Source of the DNA: a virus
Lineage: Duplodnaviria; Caudoviricetes
Length of the DNA stretch: 60,578 nt
Virus record (IMG/VR): IMGVR_UViG_3300006735_005646
Span: 1-60,578 of that record
Direction: 5' to 3' (one strand)
The notes beneath the pieces were generated by a model. It was given only the letters and a program-made list of their open reading frames with translations, was not told where the DNA came from and did not search any database. Shown here one piece after another: positions 26,039 to 36,305 of this stretch (its first letter is position 1; every line of letters begins with the position of its first letter). Made by a program: the position numbers and the translations under genes.

Positions 26039-28594
26039 CTACCCAAAGAAACTTTCTAGAGTAGAAACATGTTCATGATTCCACCCTATCTTCTCTAGTA
26101 TATTTTTTATAGGTTCAAGAAATGACTTTCCAAACTGAGTATCATAATCTATAAACTCAATCAATCCAAACTCCTTTGGAAGGCTGTTTGGAAAAGCAAC
26201 AACTTGATCTGTTCCTGCAATACCACCTAACGGATTTGGTGACTTTAGGTGCAGGAATTTAATCTTATCTCCATCGATAATTTTACGATACTTCTTCCCA
26301 AGGTTCAATTCATTGAGATAGTAATTATAAATCAAAGAACCTTTCACCGCAATCGGTGTTGACTTTGTATATATCATCGAAGTGTCTTGGTATTTCTCCA
26401 TACCATTTACACCTCTCGGAAAGGCGATATCTTCTGGATCAAATTTATTAAAAGTGTTTCTAAAATCATCAATGAATTCGATCACGGTGTCTTCGTCTGT
26501 AGTAAGAATCAAGTCGATTGCTTTCTTCAGGGCGTCACGAACAACCTGTGGTGTGGAACTACGGGTCGTTTCAATACCCATGATCTTCAACTTAGGTTCA
26601 TCATAACGAATTCCCTCCGAGTCAAACACCTGCATCATGTAACGCTTCTTAGCGGTCCATACTCCCTTGTCTGCGATACACTCACGATCCATTACCATCT
26701 TGTTTTCGTATGCATTCATTATCGATGCAAGTTCATCATACTTCTTTTTGATGAATGGAAGAATTATTTCTTCCGACGCTTTGTCGAGGAATTCAACCAC
26801 CTTCGATTTGGAGGTGTCCCCACATACTTTGTCCACCAATAACCCAAGGCGAAGATACACAGAATCTGTATCACTTGCTGTAACATAATCGTAGTCCTCC
26901 GTACCGACTGTCTTATTTAGAAATTCGTTCAGTTTGTCGGCGATCCAACGAATGCTCAACTGTCCCGACAGAGTGATTGCTTCTGCCATGTCAACATTGA
27001 AGTAACGAAACCATTCATTACCAATCGCACCATAAGCGGAGTTCAATTGAATCTTACGAACCAACTGGAAGTTGTTGTACTTTGCAATCTCTTTGTCGAG
27101 TCTCTTACATGCAGCACCCTTACCCATCGCTACAGTGTTGGACTTCATAATCTTCTGTCGTTCCTTCTGACACTCGATCATCTTCTTCTTGTACATCTTA
27201 CGTTCTTTGTACAACTTCTCCATGAGTGCAGGAAGAAAACCTTGATGCTCTTTTGTGTATCGGGTTCCGTTTGCGGCGACAGAGTAACCATCGTGCATGA
27301 TAGTTTTACCCTCAAGAACTGAGTCGGGAGATATAGAAGAATCTTTGCTGTTCGGAACCATCGTTTCGGGACTGATGTTGTACTGCATAATCAAGTGAGG
27401 ATACAGACTGTTCAAGTCGAATGAAACAATCCAATCATGCATACCCACAATAGGATCTTTCACATAAGCACCAGCGTACTGAGCATCTTTCTTACTTGTT
27501 CTCTTTGGGGGAATCACAATATTATGTTCCATGAGATAGTGATAGATGATACAATCCCATGTTCGCACCTGTCCGAACACATCCATATAATTTACTTTAG
27601 CGGAATATGCAAGTGACACCGCGAGTTCAAGCAACTTCATCTTGTCTTCAAGATTCTTGACAAGTTCAACATCCTTGACATTGTATTCTATAAACTTTTG
27701 AAAGTCATTTTTATAGAATGTTGCCATACTGTCATACTCATCATACGACAACTTCTTCTCACCAAGTTCCACGAATGCAATATGATCAAGTCGATAGGAC
27801 TCTTGATTGACGTAAGTGAATGTTTGATACAGTTCATAGTAATCGAGTGTAGCAATACCCGCTATTTCAAAAGTTTGGTTTTCGCGGTTCATCTTACGAA
27901 CAGTTCGTTCTTTCAAGAACTTCCAAGGAGACAACCTCTTTGCATCCGATTCGCCTAGGACATTTGCAATACGATTTATAAGATAGGGAATGTCAAAGAA
28001 ACGAACATTCCAACCCGTTACTACATCAGGTGATTCTAATTCCCAAGTAGATAGGAAAGACTCAAGCAATTCCTCTTCACTATCGAATTTGAATTGTCTC
28101 AGTTTACCTTCATATGGGGACTCTGCAAGATTGAAGTCACCTAAACCATATACATAAATCCAACCATTGAAGTCAACAGTGATTGCATTGATTCTCTCGT
28201 TTGCATTCTCTGGTTTTGGAAACCCATGTTCCGACTCACATTCAATATCGATATAAGCAACTTTGATTTTTGAAAAGTCGTAATCAACTTCGCCGCTATA
28301 ATTATCCCCAATGAACTGATATACAAAGTCATTGTTTCCATAAATATCAAATCCCTTGATATCCTGATACTTGTTTATGAATTCACGGGTGTCTGGAATA
28401 TTACCAGGCTGAACTGGTTCAACGTACAACCCATCGAGTGTTCTGTATTTAGTCTTCTTATTAGAAGGCACATACATCGTGGGATAGAATTCCTCTCTTC
28501 TTTGAAATCGAGTTCCATCCTCAGAGACGCCTCGATAAAGAATAAACTTTCCTCGTTGCGTTATGTTTGTATAGTATTCATTCACTTTATTCAC
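26039..28594 (-). CDS. gp43: family B DNA polymerase (T4 gp43-like)
   Basis: DIEC exonuclease motif, SFDLNSLYP, KIQLNSAYG, DTDS, KKRY; no intein seen. Confidence 0.97.
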   Translation of the reverse strand: MNKVNEYYTNITQRGKFILYRGVSEDGTRFQRREEFYPTMYVPSNKKTKYRTLDGLYVEPVQPGNIPDTREFINKYQDIKGFDIYGNNDFVYQFIGDNYSGEVDYDFSKIKVAYIDIECESEHGFPKPENANERINAITVDFNGWIYVYGLGDFNLAESPYEGKLRQFKFDSEEELLESFLSTWELESPDVVTGWNVRFFDIPYLINRIANVLGESDAKRLSPWKFLKERTVRKMNRENQTFEIAGIATLDYYELYQTFTYVNQESYRLDHIAFVELGEKKLSYDEYDSMATFYKNDFQKFIEYNVKDVELVKNLEDKMKLLELAVSLAYSAKVNYMDVFGQVRTWDCIIYHYLMEHNIVIPPKRTSKKDAQYAGAYVKDPIVGMHDWIVSFDLNSLYPHLIMQYNISPETMVPNSKDSSISPDSVLEGKTIMHDGYSVAANGTRYTKEHQGFLPALMEKLYKERKMYKKKMIECQKERQKIMKSNTVAMGKGAACKRLDKEIAKYNNFQLVRKIQLNSAYGAIGNEWFRYFNVDMAEAITLSGQLSIRWIADKLNEFLNKTVGTEDYDYVTASDTDSVYLRLGLLVDKVCGDTSKSKVVEFLDKASEEIILPFIKKKYDELASIMNAYENKMVMDRECIADKGVWTAKKRYMMQVFDSEGIRYDEPKLKIMGIETTRSSTPQVVRDALKKAIDLILTTDEDTVIEFIDDFRNTFNKFDPEDIAFPRGVNGMEKYQDTSMIYTKSTPIAVKGSLIYNYYLNELNLGKKYRKIIDGDKIKFLHLKSPNPLGGIAGTDQVVAFPNSLPKEFGLIEFIDYDTQFGKSFLEPIKNILEKIGWNHEHVSTLESFFG

Positions 28595-28624
28595 CTAATA
28601 CAGTATACCACATAATTGATATTT

Positions 28625-29548
28625 TCAAAGTTCAATCTTAGTAAATGGATTTATTATCTTAGCCATTTCTTTGTTTCTAAATTTTGGCTTATACCCTGTT
28701 GTAAACATTACTTCTGTTAGAATTTCTTTTAATTCCTCTTCAGTTATCCTGTCTTCTGACATGAAATGATCTATCATATCATCGAGTTCTAAGGATAATT
28801 CCATATGACCGATAAAGTAGTTTCTTATTCTTGACTTTATGCTTAGTGGATATGGAGGTCCTTCTGGTCTTGGAAACCTATGAAGCCATCTTAAGAAAGG
28901 CAAACACAAAGTCCTTGCTCCGTGCTGTCTGAATTTCTCATGAATATATCCTTCTTCTCCACCAAACTCTCTGAAGTGTTCATTGAATCCTAACCAGGCA
29001 TCTTTCCTGCAAGAAAAAAGACCAAGGCCCATCGATGGTATATCGAAAGGATTGTCGTCTGGATTACTTCCGTTTTCATCATGGGTTTGCCATGTTCCCC
29101 ACATAGATTCCCTCCAAGTTAAATCGAAGTGTGTGCTTATGTGCTTAGACATTCTATCCCAAACCAAAGGGCCCTGCAACAAATCTTTTGTGTTTGGATT
29201 TCTTTCATAGTAATCTATCAATCTTTTCAGACTTCCCGACTCTAACAGGACATGACAATCTAAACACAAAACAGCAGGAGCGTTTGCAAATTCAAAAAGT
29301 TTTGATCTAACTCCACACCCACTATACTCTTCAAATGGAATGTATGTTGAATTAGGTACGCTCTTCTTAAGAAACCTTTTCAATTCTTTAGAATCATTAC
29401 CATTCGGATTGTTATCAATTACAATAAATTCAATATCGTCAACCACCTCTGGGTGATAAAAACGAATTGATTGTATTGTAAAATATGTACCATGAAAGTC
29501 ATCGTAGGTACACATTCCTATTGTCAATTTTGGTTTATTCTTTTCCAT
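28625..29548 (-). CDS. GT2-family glycosyltransferase
   Basis: LTIGM.TYDD, VIDNNP, DCH and FGGEEGY motifs. Confidence 0.8.
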   Translation of the reverse strand: MEKNKPKLTIGMCTYDDFHGTYFTIQSIRFYHPEVVDDIEFIVIDNNPNGNDSKELKRFLKKSVPNSTYIPFEEYSGCGVRSKLFEFANAPAVLCLDCHVLLESGSLKRLIDYYERNPNTKDLLQGPLVWDRMSKHISTHFDLTWRESMWGTWQTHDENGSNPDDNPFDIPSMGLGLFSCRKDAWLGFNEHFREFGGEEGYIHEKFRQHGARTLCLPFLRWLHRFPRPEGPPYPLSIKSRIRNYFIGHMELSLELDDMIDHFMSEDRITEEELKEILTEVMFTTGYKPKFRNKEMAKIINPFTKIEL

Positions 29549-29852
29549 GCAAGAAACCACTCAATAGAATCATGTAATTGATAATATCAAGAATAGCATC
29601 TTCGTATGATTCGTTATCTACTTTCAATTCGCCTGCTTCTACAAATGTAGAGAGACGAGAAACCTTATCTACAACTCGGACGAGAAAACCTTGTTCTGTG
29701 GAACAAATTCCCATTGCTTCACATCTCTCGAAATTTGCAAAAGGAGTTTCACCACCCTTACCTGCATAGTCATGGTTCTTCTTCTTCATGATTTCTTTTG
29801 CAGTGCTGCAAAGATAGTCATGGTGCTTCAATAGTTCTTCACGATTCATCAT
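29535..29852 (-). CDS. DUF1599/nucleotide-modification-associated domain protein
   Basis: KKNHDYAG..PFANF, DKVSRL and ESYEDAILDIINY motifs. Confidence 0.7.
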   Translation of the reverse strand: MMNREELLKHHDYLCSTAKEIMKKKNHDYAGKGGETPFANFERCEAMGICSTEQGFLVRVVDKVSRLSTFVEAGELKVDNESYEDAILDIINYMILLSGFLHGKE

Positions 29853-30391
29853 TTAACTCCTGTTGAGCCAAAACCACCAACCCTGTCAGTCTTTTGTTCT
29901 GGGACATCCTTTGTTTCTTCAATACTATATGAGTAGGTTTTTACCAACTCACCCTGTGCAATTCTCTCACCGTTCTCAATCAATACTTCATCTGCACTTG
30001 CATTGTAAAGCATCACGAAGGTTTGGTGATAGTAATCAGAATCTATTATACCTTCTCCGTTGGGCATAATCAATCCCTTTTTCAAAGAAATACTCGACCT
30101 TGTGTGAAGTCTTACTGAATGTCCTTCAGGAATATCAAGAATTAAGCCTGTGGGAACGAGAACTCTGTCGCCTGGACGAATTCTAATTCTTACATCTTCT
30201 TTTCTTTCTTTTTCTTTGTAACCTTCTGTTTTGATTGTACTCTTGGTGTTGTCCATTTCATAGACAGTAACAGAATCGCCCTTCTTCAGATGTGCATGAA
30301 TATCAAAACACGCTGCACCCTCTGTTGCTAGATGTGGTTCCTGAACACCACCGTTCATCTTATAATATTTAAGTTTCATATTCACCGGCAT
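29849..30391 (-). CDS. dut: trimeric dUTPase
   Basis: AACFDI, RSS, GIIDSDY, ERIAQ and RVGGFGSTG motifs; likely start ATG 30391 after GGAG. Confidence 0.95.
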   Translation of the reverse strand: MPVNMKLKYYKMNGGVQEPHLATEGAACFDIHAHLKKGDSVTVYEMDNTKSTIKTEGYKEKERKEDVRIRIRPGDRVLVPTGLILDIPEGHSVRLHTRSSISLKKGLIMPNGEGIIDSDYYHQTFVMLYNASADEVLIENGERIAQGELVKTYSYSIEETKDVPEQKTDRVGGFGSTGVK

Positions 30392-30404
30392 AATATACTC
30401 CATA

Positions 30405-30472
30405 ATAAAAAAAGGAGAGACGGGGGCGGGACGCACGATGCAATACCCTATCAACCCCCATCCATCCTTCGT
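30405..30472 (-). ncRNA. candidate small RNA or attenuator hairpin with U-tail
   Basis: AAGGA-T-GGATGGGGG pairs with CCCCCGTCT-C-TCCTT, followed by a T-run, directly after a promoter. Confidence 0.45.
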
Positions 30473-30477
30473 ATTTT

Positions 30478-30505
30478 ATTGTATCAGATTGAAATTGAAA
30501 GTCAA
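30478..30505 (-). promoter_or_regulatory. sigma70-like promoter TTGACT-N16-TACAAT
   Basis: Near-consensus hexamers. Confidence 0.6.
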
Positions 30506-30536
30506 TTATCTATATGATAACTTTCTAAAAGTTCAA

Positions 30537-31673
30537 TCAACTCACACTCACTTTTTCTAACAGTCCAGTATGACCAACTGCACCAATGTCTCGTTTGTTT
30601 GTGAACGATAGTCCGGGGAATGTTGTTGGATGTGCAGCAGAACGACATGCGGCTCCACCACCGGCGGTTCCATTTAATCTAAAATCACCATTGTCTCCAT
30701 CTACAAATGGATCGGCAGTTAAATCAATGGTTCCATATACATCATTAGTAGCACCAAAACCAGTCATATGATTTGAATCCCCACCCCAATTACCCATTGC
30801 ATTGTTTATGAAAACTGGACCAACCGTGGTGGTAGAGTCGGTGTTCTTAATACCACTACCTCCACCATCACCCCAAAAGATATTATTTGAAACTAGCACA
30901 GCACTATCTTCATCAAATATAGGCAATTCACGAAAATCTATTCCCGCATTATTTGCATGATATACTGTGTTATGTGATATAGTACAGGTTTTAACTTCGC
31001 TGGCGCTGTTCTGTAAGTCTATCTCTATTCCTTTTGTCATGTTTCGATTTGGTGCATCGTAGAAAATACAATTAGTAATTGATATACCCCTACCACCCGG
31101 AATTGCTCCAATTCCTTTAGATCCGCGAATCGAACAACCATCTATTATTAATTGATCACCACCAGTAATTCTCACTGCTCCACTGGCAGGTGTTGTTATG
31201 TTTCCATCGGAAATGATTTCACAGTTTGTTATAATTGCTGTTTGATTTACATACACTGCTGGATAATTTCCTGTCTGGGTATTATATAATCGACAGTTGT
31301 GAATATGAACATTGTCTGCATTTGAATCTACCTGAAGAACACCATCTGCTCCGGCGGAGAATTCTATATCAAAATTTCTAAAAACAATACTCCTAGCATC
31401 AACATCAAATCTTTCTGCATATTCAAACTTAATATTATCGCCGGGTGTTGATCCATATCCTTCAATGATTGTCATTGTTGTTGCACTACCATTAATACCA
31501 GTAGCAAAATCAAGAACACCATCGTCGTGTCGAGACGAAGTTTTCTTGACGTAGAGAAGATCACCACCTGAGATGGAGGCTATTGCAGTTGATAAATCTT
31601 GATATGCATTCGCTTCCGAAGTTCCATCATTATCTCCACTAGCCAAATCTGGATTACAATACTTAGTTGCCAT
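30537..31673 (-). CDS. right-handed beta-helix (pectin-lyase-like) protein, probably virion-associated
   Basis: NDGTSEANAY start, repeated I.NC/NN strands, ADPFVD..GDFRL..DIGA end. Confidence 0.75.
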   Translation of the reverse strand: MATKYCNPDLASGDNDGTSEANAYQDLSTAIASISGGDLLYVKKTSSRHDDGVLDFATGINGSATTMTIIEGYGSTPGDNIKFEYAERFDVDARSIVFRNFDIEFSAGADGVLQVDSNADNVHIHNCRLYNTQTGNYPAVYVNQTAIITNCEIISDGNITTPASGAVRITGGDQLIIDGCSIRGSKGIGAIPGGRGISITNCIFYDAPNRNMTKGIEIDLQNSASEVKTCTISHNTVYHANNAGIDFRELPIFDEDSAVLVSNNIFWGDGGGSGIKNTDSTTTVGPVFINNAMGNWGGDSNHMTGFGATNDVYGTIDLTADPFVDGDNGDFRLNGTAGGGAACRSAAHPTTFPGLSFTNKRDIGAVGHTGLLEKVSVS

Positions 31674-33268
31674 TAACTTCTAACTCCTAGTGTGACTATT
31701 AAACAAAAATTACTGTGACTTCCTGCATTTCCCGTGACATCCACCACCAAATATGTAATACTATTATCTTCACCAATATTTGGATTTGTTATGGAACTGG
31801 TTCCGTGGTGATATTGTCCCCCCAAAGGAATTGCAATTGTTTCTATTGTTTCTTCAATCGTAGGTGATGCTGCTTCAAGGTTTGTTGCTCTTCGGATTCC
31901 TTTCAATGCAACCTGCAATGAGTCTCCAGAACCAGAAGGAGAAACATCATCTGATCTCAGATCCAATCTTGTCACTACCATATTACTATAAGGAACTCTA
32001 TAAATCGCTTTATATCTAATACCAGTAGCAAGAGGAATGTCTGAGTCAACAACAAAACTGGTTGAGTCTGTGTGTGGTTCAAATTTAAGATCACCATCAC
32101 TACCAACCAGCAACATGTTTCCTTCACTGGGCGCACTTGTTGGAAAATTGTAGTTATCATTTACGGATAGATTGGCAAATGTTACACCACCTGCAACATA
32201 AATACCACTATCGGCAGTAATTCCACCACCACTAACATGTAATCTATCTGTGGGTGCTTTCGTTCCAATTCCGACTTCGCCCGTATTGAGTAGAGTCATC
32301 TTCATATCATTCTGCACAGCAAACTGTAAATCATTGAATGAACTTGATGTGTTTAAGAAACCAGAATTGCTTAATGAATTAGTAAATATTTGACCTGCAT
32401 CACCAACTATACCAAGAGTGAAATTACCTTCACTGCCGTCTTGTCCCATTTTTATAATTGGATTATCATTTTCTCCAGAGTTGTCTGTGTCTGCGATTAG
32501 GTTGAGTGTTACATCACCCGTACTAGTTGCTGTTACTGTTCCATTTGCTGTTAGTGTTCCATCGAATATTGTCTCACCTGAAACCTGAAGAACATCTGCT
32601 GTCAAACCTCCAGTAACATCAACTCCCATTCCTCCAAATGTTGCTCCACCCGCCGCATAAATACCACCATCCGCAGTGATACCAACCCCAAAATGTACTT
32701 GGGTTGGAACAATATCAATAGCATCCACACCACCCGCCGCTAGTGTTATCTGATCAGTTTGAAACTCTAGGTGAGTATTACTATCTCCAAAGTGTTGAAC
32801 ATATCTGTCAATCGTAACTTCATTTGCTCTCATTTGCAATTCTGCACCACCACCGTTGAATGCGATGTGTTCAGTATCACCACCAATTTTGATGGTTTCG
32901 TCCTCTGTCATGATGATATCACCACCAACTGTAAGATCACCACCTACGTTAACATTACTACCTAATGTCACACCACCCGCCGCATAAATACCACCACCCG
33001 CAGTGATACCACCACGAACATCTAGCATCTCAGTTGGACCAGATGTTCCTATTCCTACTTTATCTCCATCATAGAAGAATGCAGTAGCACCCGCGATGGT
33101 ACTTCCCTTACCGGAGTAAAATGCAACTTCTCCAGTATTACCTTCAGTGTTGCCAGTCTCGTCGGTAGCGGCACTCTTTTCCCATGCAACACCGTTATAC
33201 TTCCATGTTGTTGATAGGTAAGTATAAGTATCGTTTGTATTTGCACTTTTGGGAAAATTAATTGACAT
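31673..33268 (-). CDS. tail fibre/adhesin-like protein
   Basis: INFP..WKYNGVAW start, VGIGT..P motifs, three GITA.GGIY.AGG.T repeats. Confidence 0.75.
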   Translation of the reverse strand: MSINFPKSANTNDTYTYLSTTWKYNGVAWEKSAATDETGNTEGNTGEVAFYSGKGSTIAGATAFFYDGDKVGIGTSGPTEMLDVRGGITAGGGIYAAGGVTLGSNVNVGGDLTVGGDIIMTEDETIKIGGDTEHIAFNGGGAELQMRANEVTIDRYVQHFGDSNTHLEFQTDQITLAAGGVDAIDIVPTQVHFGVGITADGGIYAAGGATFGGMGVDVTGGLTADVLQVSGETIFDGTLTANGTVTATSTGDVTLNLIADTDNSGENDNPIIKMGQDGSEGNFTLGIVGDAGQIFTNSLSNSGFLNTSSSFNDLQFAVQNDMKMTLLNTGEVGIGTKAPTDRLHVSGGGITADSGIYVAGGVTFANLSVNDNYNFPTSAPSEGNMLLVGSDGDLKFEPHTDSTSFVVDSDIPLATGIRYKAIYRVPYSNMVVTRLDLRSDDVSPSGSGDSLQVALKGIRRATNLEAASPTIEETIETIAIPLGGQYHHGTSSITNPNIGEDNSITYLVVDVTGNAGSHSNFCLIVTLGVRS

Positions 33269-33292
33269 ACATTTATTCCTTTACACTATTTA

Positions 33293-34351
33293 TCAGAATT
33301 CTATCCATGCTTCCTGAGAAGATGAAAATGTAAATAGTTTTCCTGAGTCTGTTTCGTGCCATCTATCTCCATTTGATGGGTTTGATGGAGCAGAAGCAGA
33401 TTCTGTATATGTTCCTCCACCTGTGAAAGTTAATTCAACATCCTTTCCTCTTCGTTCGAGAGAAACACCAGTTCCTTTAAAAATTAAATCCGACACCGAC
33501 TTCGATAAGTAAATATCATTCGATGCAGTTCTATCTCGAACACCAACAGCACCACCACCGGCGAGTGCTACCCAATCTATATTTTGTGCTTGTGCGGGGG
33601 TGACAAGTTTCTGCAAAACCTTCGTGTCCACACTAATTCTTTTTGTTTCTTTATTGTACTTGAGTGGAAATTGAGCGACTGCAATTCCACTATCTCCATC
33701 TTCACCTTTATCTCCGGGATCACCTTTGTCCCCTTTGTCCCCTTTGTCGCCTTTCGATCCTTTTATTCCTGCTGGTCCAGCAATTCCTCTTTCACCCCTT
33801 ACACCTTTAGCACCCGCTTTTCCTTGTTTTCCTTCTTTTCCATTTTCTCCTTTGTCACCTTTCGTTCCAGCGACTCCCTGCTCACCTCTCTCGCCTTTCT
33901 CTCCCTGAGATCCAACTTCACCTTGAATTCCCTGAGGTCCAACTTCACCTTGAATTCCTTGAGGTCCAACTTCACCTTGAATTCCTTGAGGTCCAACTTC
34001 TCCGGGTTCTCCTTGGGGTCCAACTTCTCCGGGTTCTCCTTGGGGTCCAACTTCACCCTGAATTCCTTGAGGTCCAACTTCTCCGGGTTCTCCGGGTTCT
34101 CCTTGATCACCTTTTTTACCATCTTGACCTGGGATGCCTGGAACTCCTGAGTCACCTCTATCTCCCTTTGGACCAGGAAGTCCTTGATATGTACGGATTG
34201 GTTTTTCTATTTCTTCTACCACTTCAACTGGTTTAATCTGTTTAATCAAATCTTCCCCTCTAGGAAGATTGTGTATAGAAAAAGAATCAGAAATTTCTTC
34301 TGGTGTTTCTTCTACTTTATGATATTGATTAAAACCTTTTAGGTCTGACAT
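33293..34351 (-). CDS. collagen-like (Gly-X-Y) fibre protein
   Basis: Long GXY tract; C-terminal APSNPSNGDRW motif. Confidence 0.9.
   Translation of the reverse strand: MSDLKGFNQYHKVEETPEEISDSFSIHNLPRGEDLIKQIKPVEVVEEIEKPIRTYQGLPGPKGDRGDSGVPGIPGQDGKKGDQGEPGEPGEVGPQGIQGEVGPQGEPGEVGPQGEPGEVGPQGIQGEVGPQGIQGEVGPQGIQGEVGSQGEKGERGEQGVAGTKGDKGENGKEGKQGKAGAKGVRGERGIAGPAGIKGSKGDKGDKGDKGDPGDKGEDGDSGIAVAQFPLKYNKETKRISVDTKVLQKLVTPAQAQNIDWVALAGGGAVGVRDRTASNDIYLSKSVSDLIFKGTGVSLERRGKDVELTFTGGGTYTESASAPSNPSNGDRWHETDSGKLFTFSSSQEAWIEF
33911..34102 (-). repeat. 27-bp tandem repeats encoding GEVGPQGIQ/GEVGPQGEP
   Basis: Seen directly inside the collagen gene. Confidence 0.85.
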
Positions 34352-34360
34352 AAACAAACC

Positions 34361-34501
34361 TCATAAAAACAATGTCTGAGTTACATCCTTCTTCTTCAAT
34401 GTAACTGATGGCACTTTGTATGTGTTAGCATTTGAATGTCTGACAGAAACCATCTTTGTTGATTTCTTTTCGGTTGTGTGTTCGGTAACTTTAATTTTCA
34501 T
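34361..34501 (-). CDS. 46-aa basic hypothetical protein MKIKVTEHTTEKK...
   Basis: Read by hand; fills the gap, ATGA overlap with the upstream gene. Confidence 0.5.
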   Translation of the reverse strand: MKIKVTEHTTEKKSTKMVSVRHSNANTYKVPSVTLKKKDVTQTLFL

Positions 34502-34956
34502 CGAGTTACCTCACCCGGACATTCAAATCTTCCGTCTAAGAGTCGTGTGGTGGAACCTGTGGGGATATATTTGAGTTCTAAATCATAAATATGTCTTCCA
34601 TCGGGAATCAGAGATGTTGCTGTTGCACCTGCAATGATAAGGATTCCTCCAGTTTGATCTCCACTATTTCCTGCGTTTCTGTTCAAGAATATTCCACCGG
34701 TCACTCCAAATGTCATACCCTTCAAACCAAGAGAAGAAGCAGTTGAACCTGCGGTAATACCGATAGTAAAACTATCTCCCCCAGAACCAGTAAGATGGAG
34801 AACAGTGCTAGTATCGTCACCCAAAAAAGACCTTTTTACTTTCATCTCAGCAGTATATTGATTCAAGTCGATAGCAGAGTCATCTGTGTTGGTATACAAC
34901 AGATGAAGATTCAGAGTTTCACCCTGATTCGATACTATATCATGTCTTGCTGGCAT
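34498..34956 (-). CDS. Ig-like baseplate/fibre-associated protein
   Basis: QGET..IDL..YTAEMKVK and GRHIYDLEL..RLLDG..EVTR motifs. Confidence 0.7.
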   Translation of the reverse strand: MPARHDIVSNQGETLNLHLLYTNTDDSAIDLNQYTAEMKVKRSFLGDDTSTVLHLTGSGGDSFTIGITAGSTASSLGLKGMTFGVTGGIFLNRNAGNSGDQTGGILIIAGATATSLIPDGRHIYDLELKYIPTGSTTRLLDGRFECPGEVTR

Positions 34957-35000
34957 ATGTTTACTCCAATTTCCCTACCACTATATATGCATTAAAGAAT

Positions 35001-36305
35001 CTATCTTTTGGCTTTAGGACGACTTTTTCCTCTCTTGTTCTGATTGGATTTTGTTCCTTTTTTGGGAGTATTTCTTTTTGCAATCTTTTCTTGCTTCTTT
35101 GCTTCCTCTTCTTGGATTTTCCTTTGTGCTTCTTGTTGTGCCTGTTCTGTTTGAATTTGCATAACTATTCTTTCGTATTGATTGAAATTTTCTACAATTC
35201 TAGCACGATGATCAGGAGGAATGAGATTTTCATCAAGGAGTCGCTTACATGCATGATAACCAACGTGAGGTTTACCTGCATAGAAAGCAGTTGCACCAAT
35301 TTCATCTAGTATTTGCCACTTATAGACATCATCACTAATGAATAGAATATCATTTTCTGGATATGGTATCTCTAGAGCCATTCTTGCAAAGATATATCCC
35401 AACTTTGGTTTATCGTGAACTTGTCTATAGAGTCTTGCAATCTGAAACAAAGGTTCTGCACGGTGTGGTCTATACTCATAGCAATCCAAGAACGACTGCT
35501 GAATAACAGGCCAAGGTTCATCTATAAGAGCATTGAGAATTGCAACTCTAAAATAGGAATAGTATACTTCTTCTTCCCAACCACCCATAGTGGTTCTTTT
35601 CTGGTACGCTTCTCTTGACTTTTCAAACTGCTGTGAGTCAAAATATGATTGAGCAAGATAGAATTGATAGCGAGCGTTTTCAGGTTCTTCTTTCAATGCT
35701 TCTTCTAGATTTTCTGCATCTCTTTCATATTTTTCTTTGGTTGTGATTCCAACATTTCTAGCACCAAGAGTTCTGGCAGCAATATTATATTTGGGGTTTA
35801 GAATTCTCTCTGTGCTTGCTGCCGGATTTGACTTACATTCTGCAAATTCGTGGAGAACACCAACATAACTCCAGTCAATTCCAGTCTTGAATATTTGATT
35901 TCTCCACCAACTGAAATCTTCTCTTCCGATACGAAGACTATAAGAATCTGCTGTCATGTTTTCTGGAAATTGAAAATCACCTTCAACAAAATCATCTGCA
36001 TCAATTACCCAGGCATAATCTGCCTTTCCATCACAATTTCTGAGTGATTCTGTTCTACTTCCAATCTTACCTGCATGATCACCAAATCCCTTCCAGTCAG
36101 AACGATAAACTTCTCCAGGCACACCATTCTCTTCCATGAACTGTTCAATCAATTCTGGTGTTCCATCATCAGAACCTGTGTCTGTTATGTCATAGCGATC
36201 AATATATGGCAGCATAGACTCAAGACATTCTTTAATGATATGAGTTTCATTCTTCACAATCATGCACAATGTGATGGTTTTATCTTTTGGTGTTTTCTTT
36301 TTCAT
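35001..36305 (-). CDS. GT2 plus TPR glycosyltransferase (protein-glycosylating SunS-like architecture)
   Basis: LCMIVKNE, DTGSDDGT, IDADD, GVLHE, FYLAQSY and TPR-like helices. Confidence 0.85.
   Translation of the reverse strand: MKKKTPKDKTITLCMIVKNETHIIKECLESMLPYIDRYDITDTGSDDGTPELIEQFMEENGVPGEVYRSDWKGFGDHAGKIGSRTESLRNCDGKADYAWVIDADDFVEGDFQFPENMTADSYSLRIGREDFSWWRNQIFKTGIDWSYVGVLHEFAECKSNPAASTERILNPKYNIAARTLGARNVGITTKEKYERDAENLEEALKEEPENARYQFYLAQSYFDSQQFEKSREAYQKRTTMGGWEEEVYYSYFRVAILNALIDEPWPVIQQSFLDCYEYRPHRAEPLFQIARLYRQVHDKPKLGYIFARMALEIPYPENDILFISDDVYKWQILDEIGATAFYAGKPHVGYHACKRLLDENLIPPDHRARIVENFNQYERIVMQIQTEQAQQEAQRKIQEEEAKKQEKIAKRNTPKKGTKSNQNKRGKSRPKAKR

Noticed and set aside
19243-28594. 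Introns or inteins in nrdJ, gp41, uvsX, gp43
   Set aside because: ORFs are uninterrupted, of normal length, and show no intein motifs.
30449-30457. GTTGATAGG match (minus strand) to a 23S rRNA 3' segment
   Set aside because: Only 9 nt, sense orientation, expected by chance.
33911-34102. CRISPR or VNTR regulatory array
   Set aside because: Explained by collagen Gly-X-Y coding repeats.
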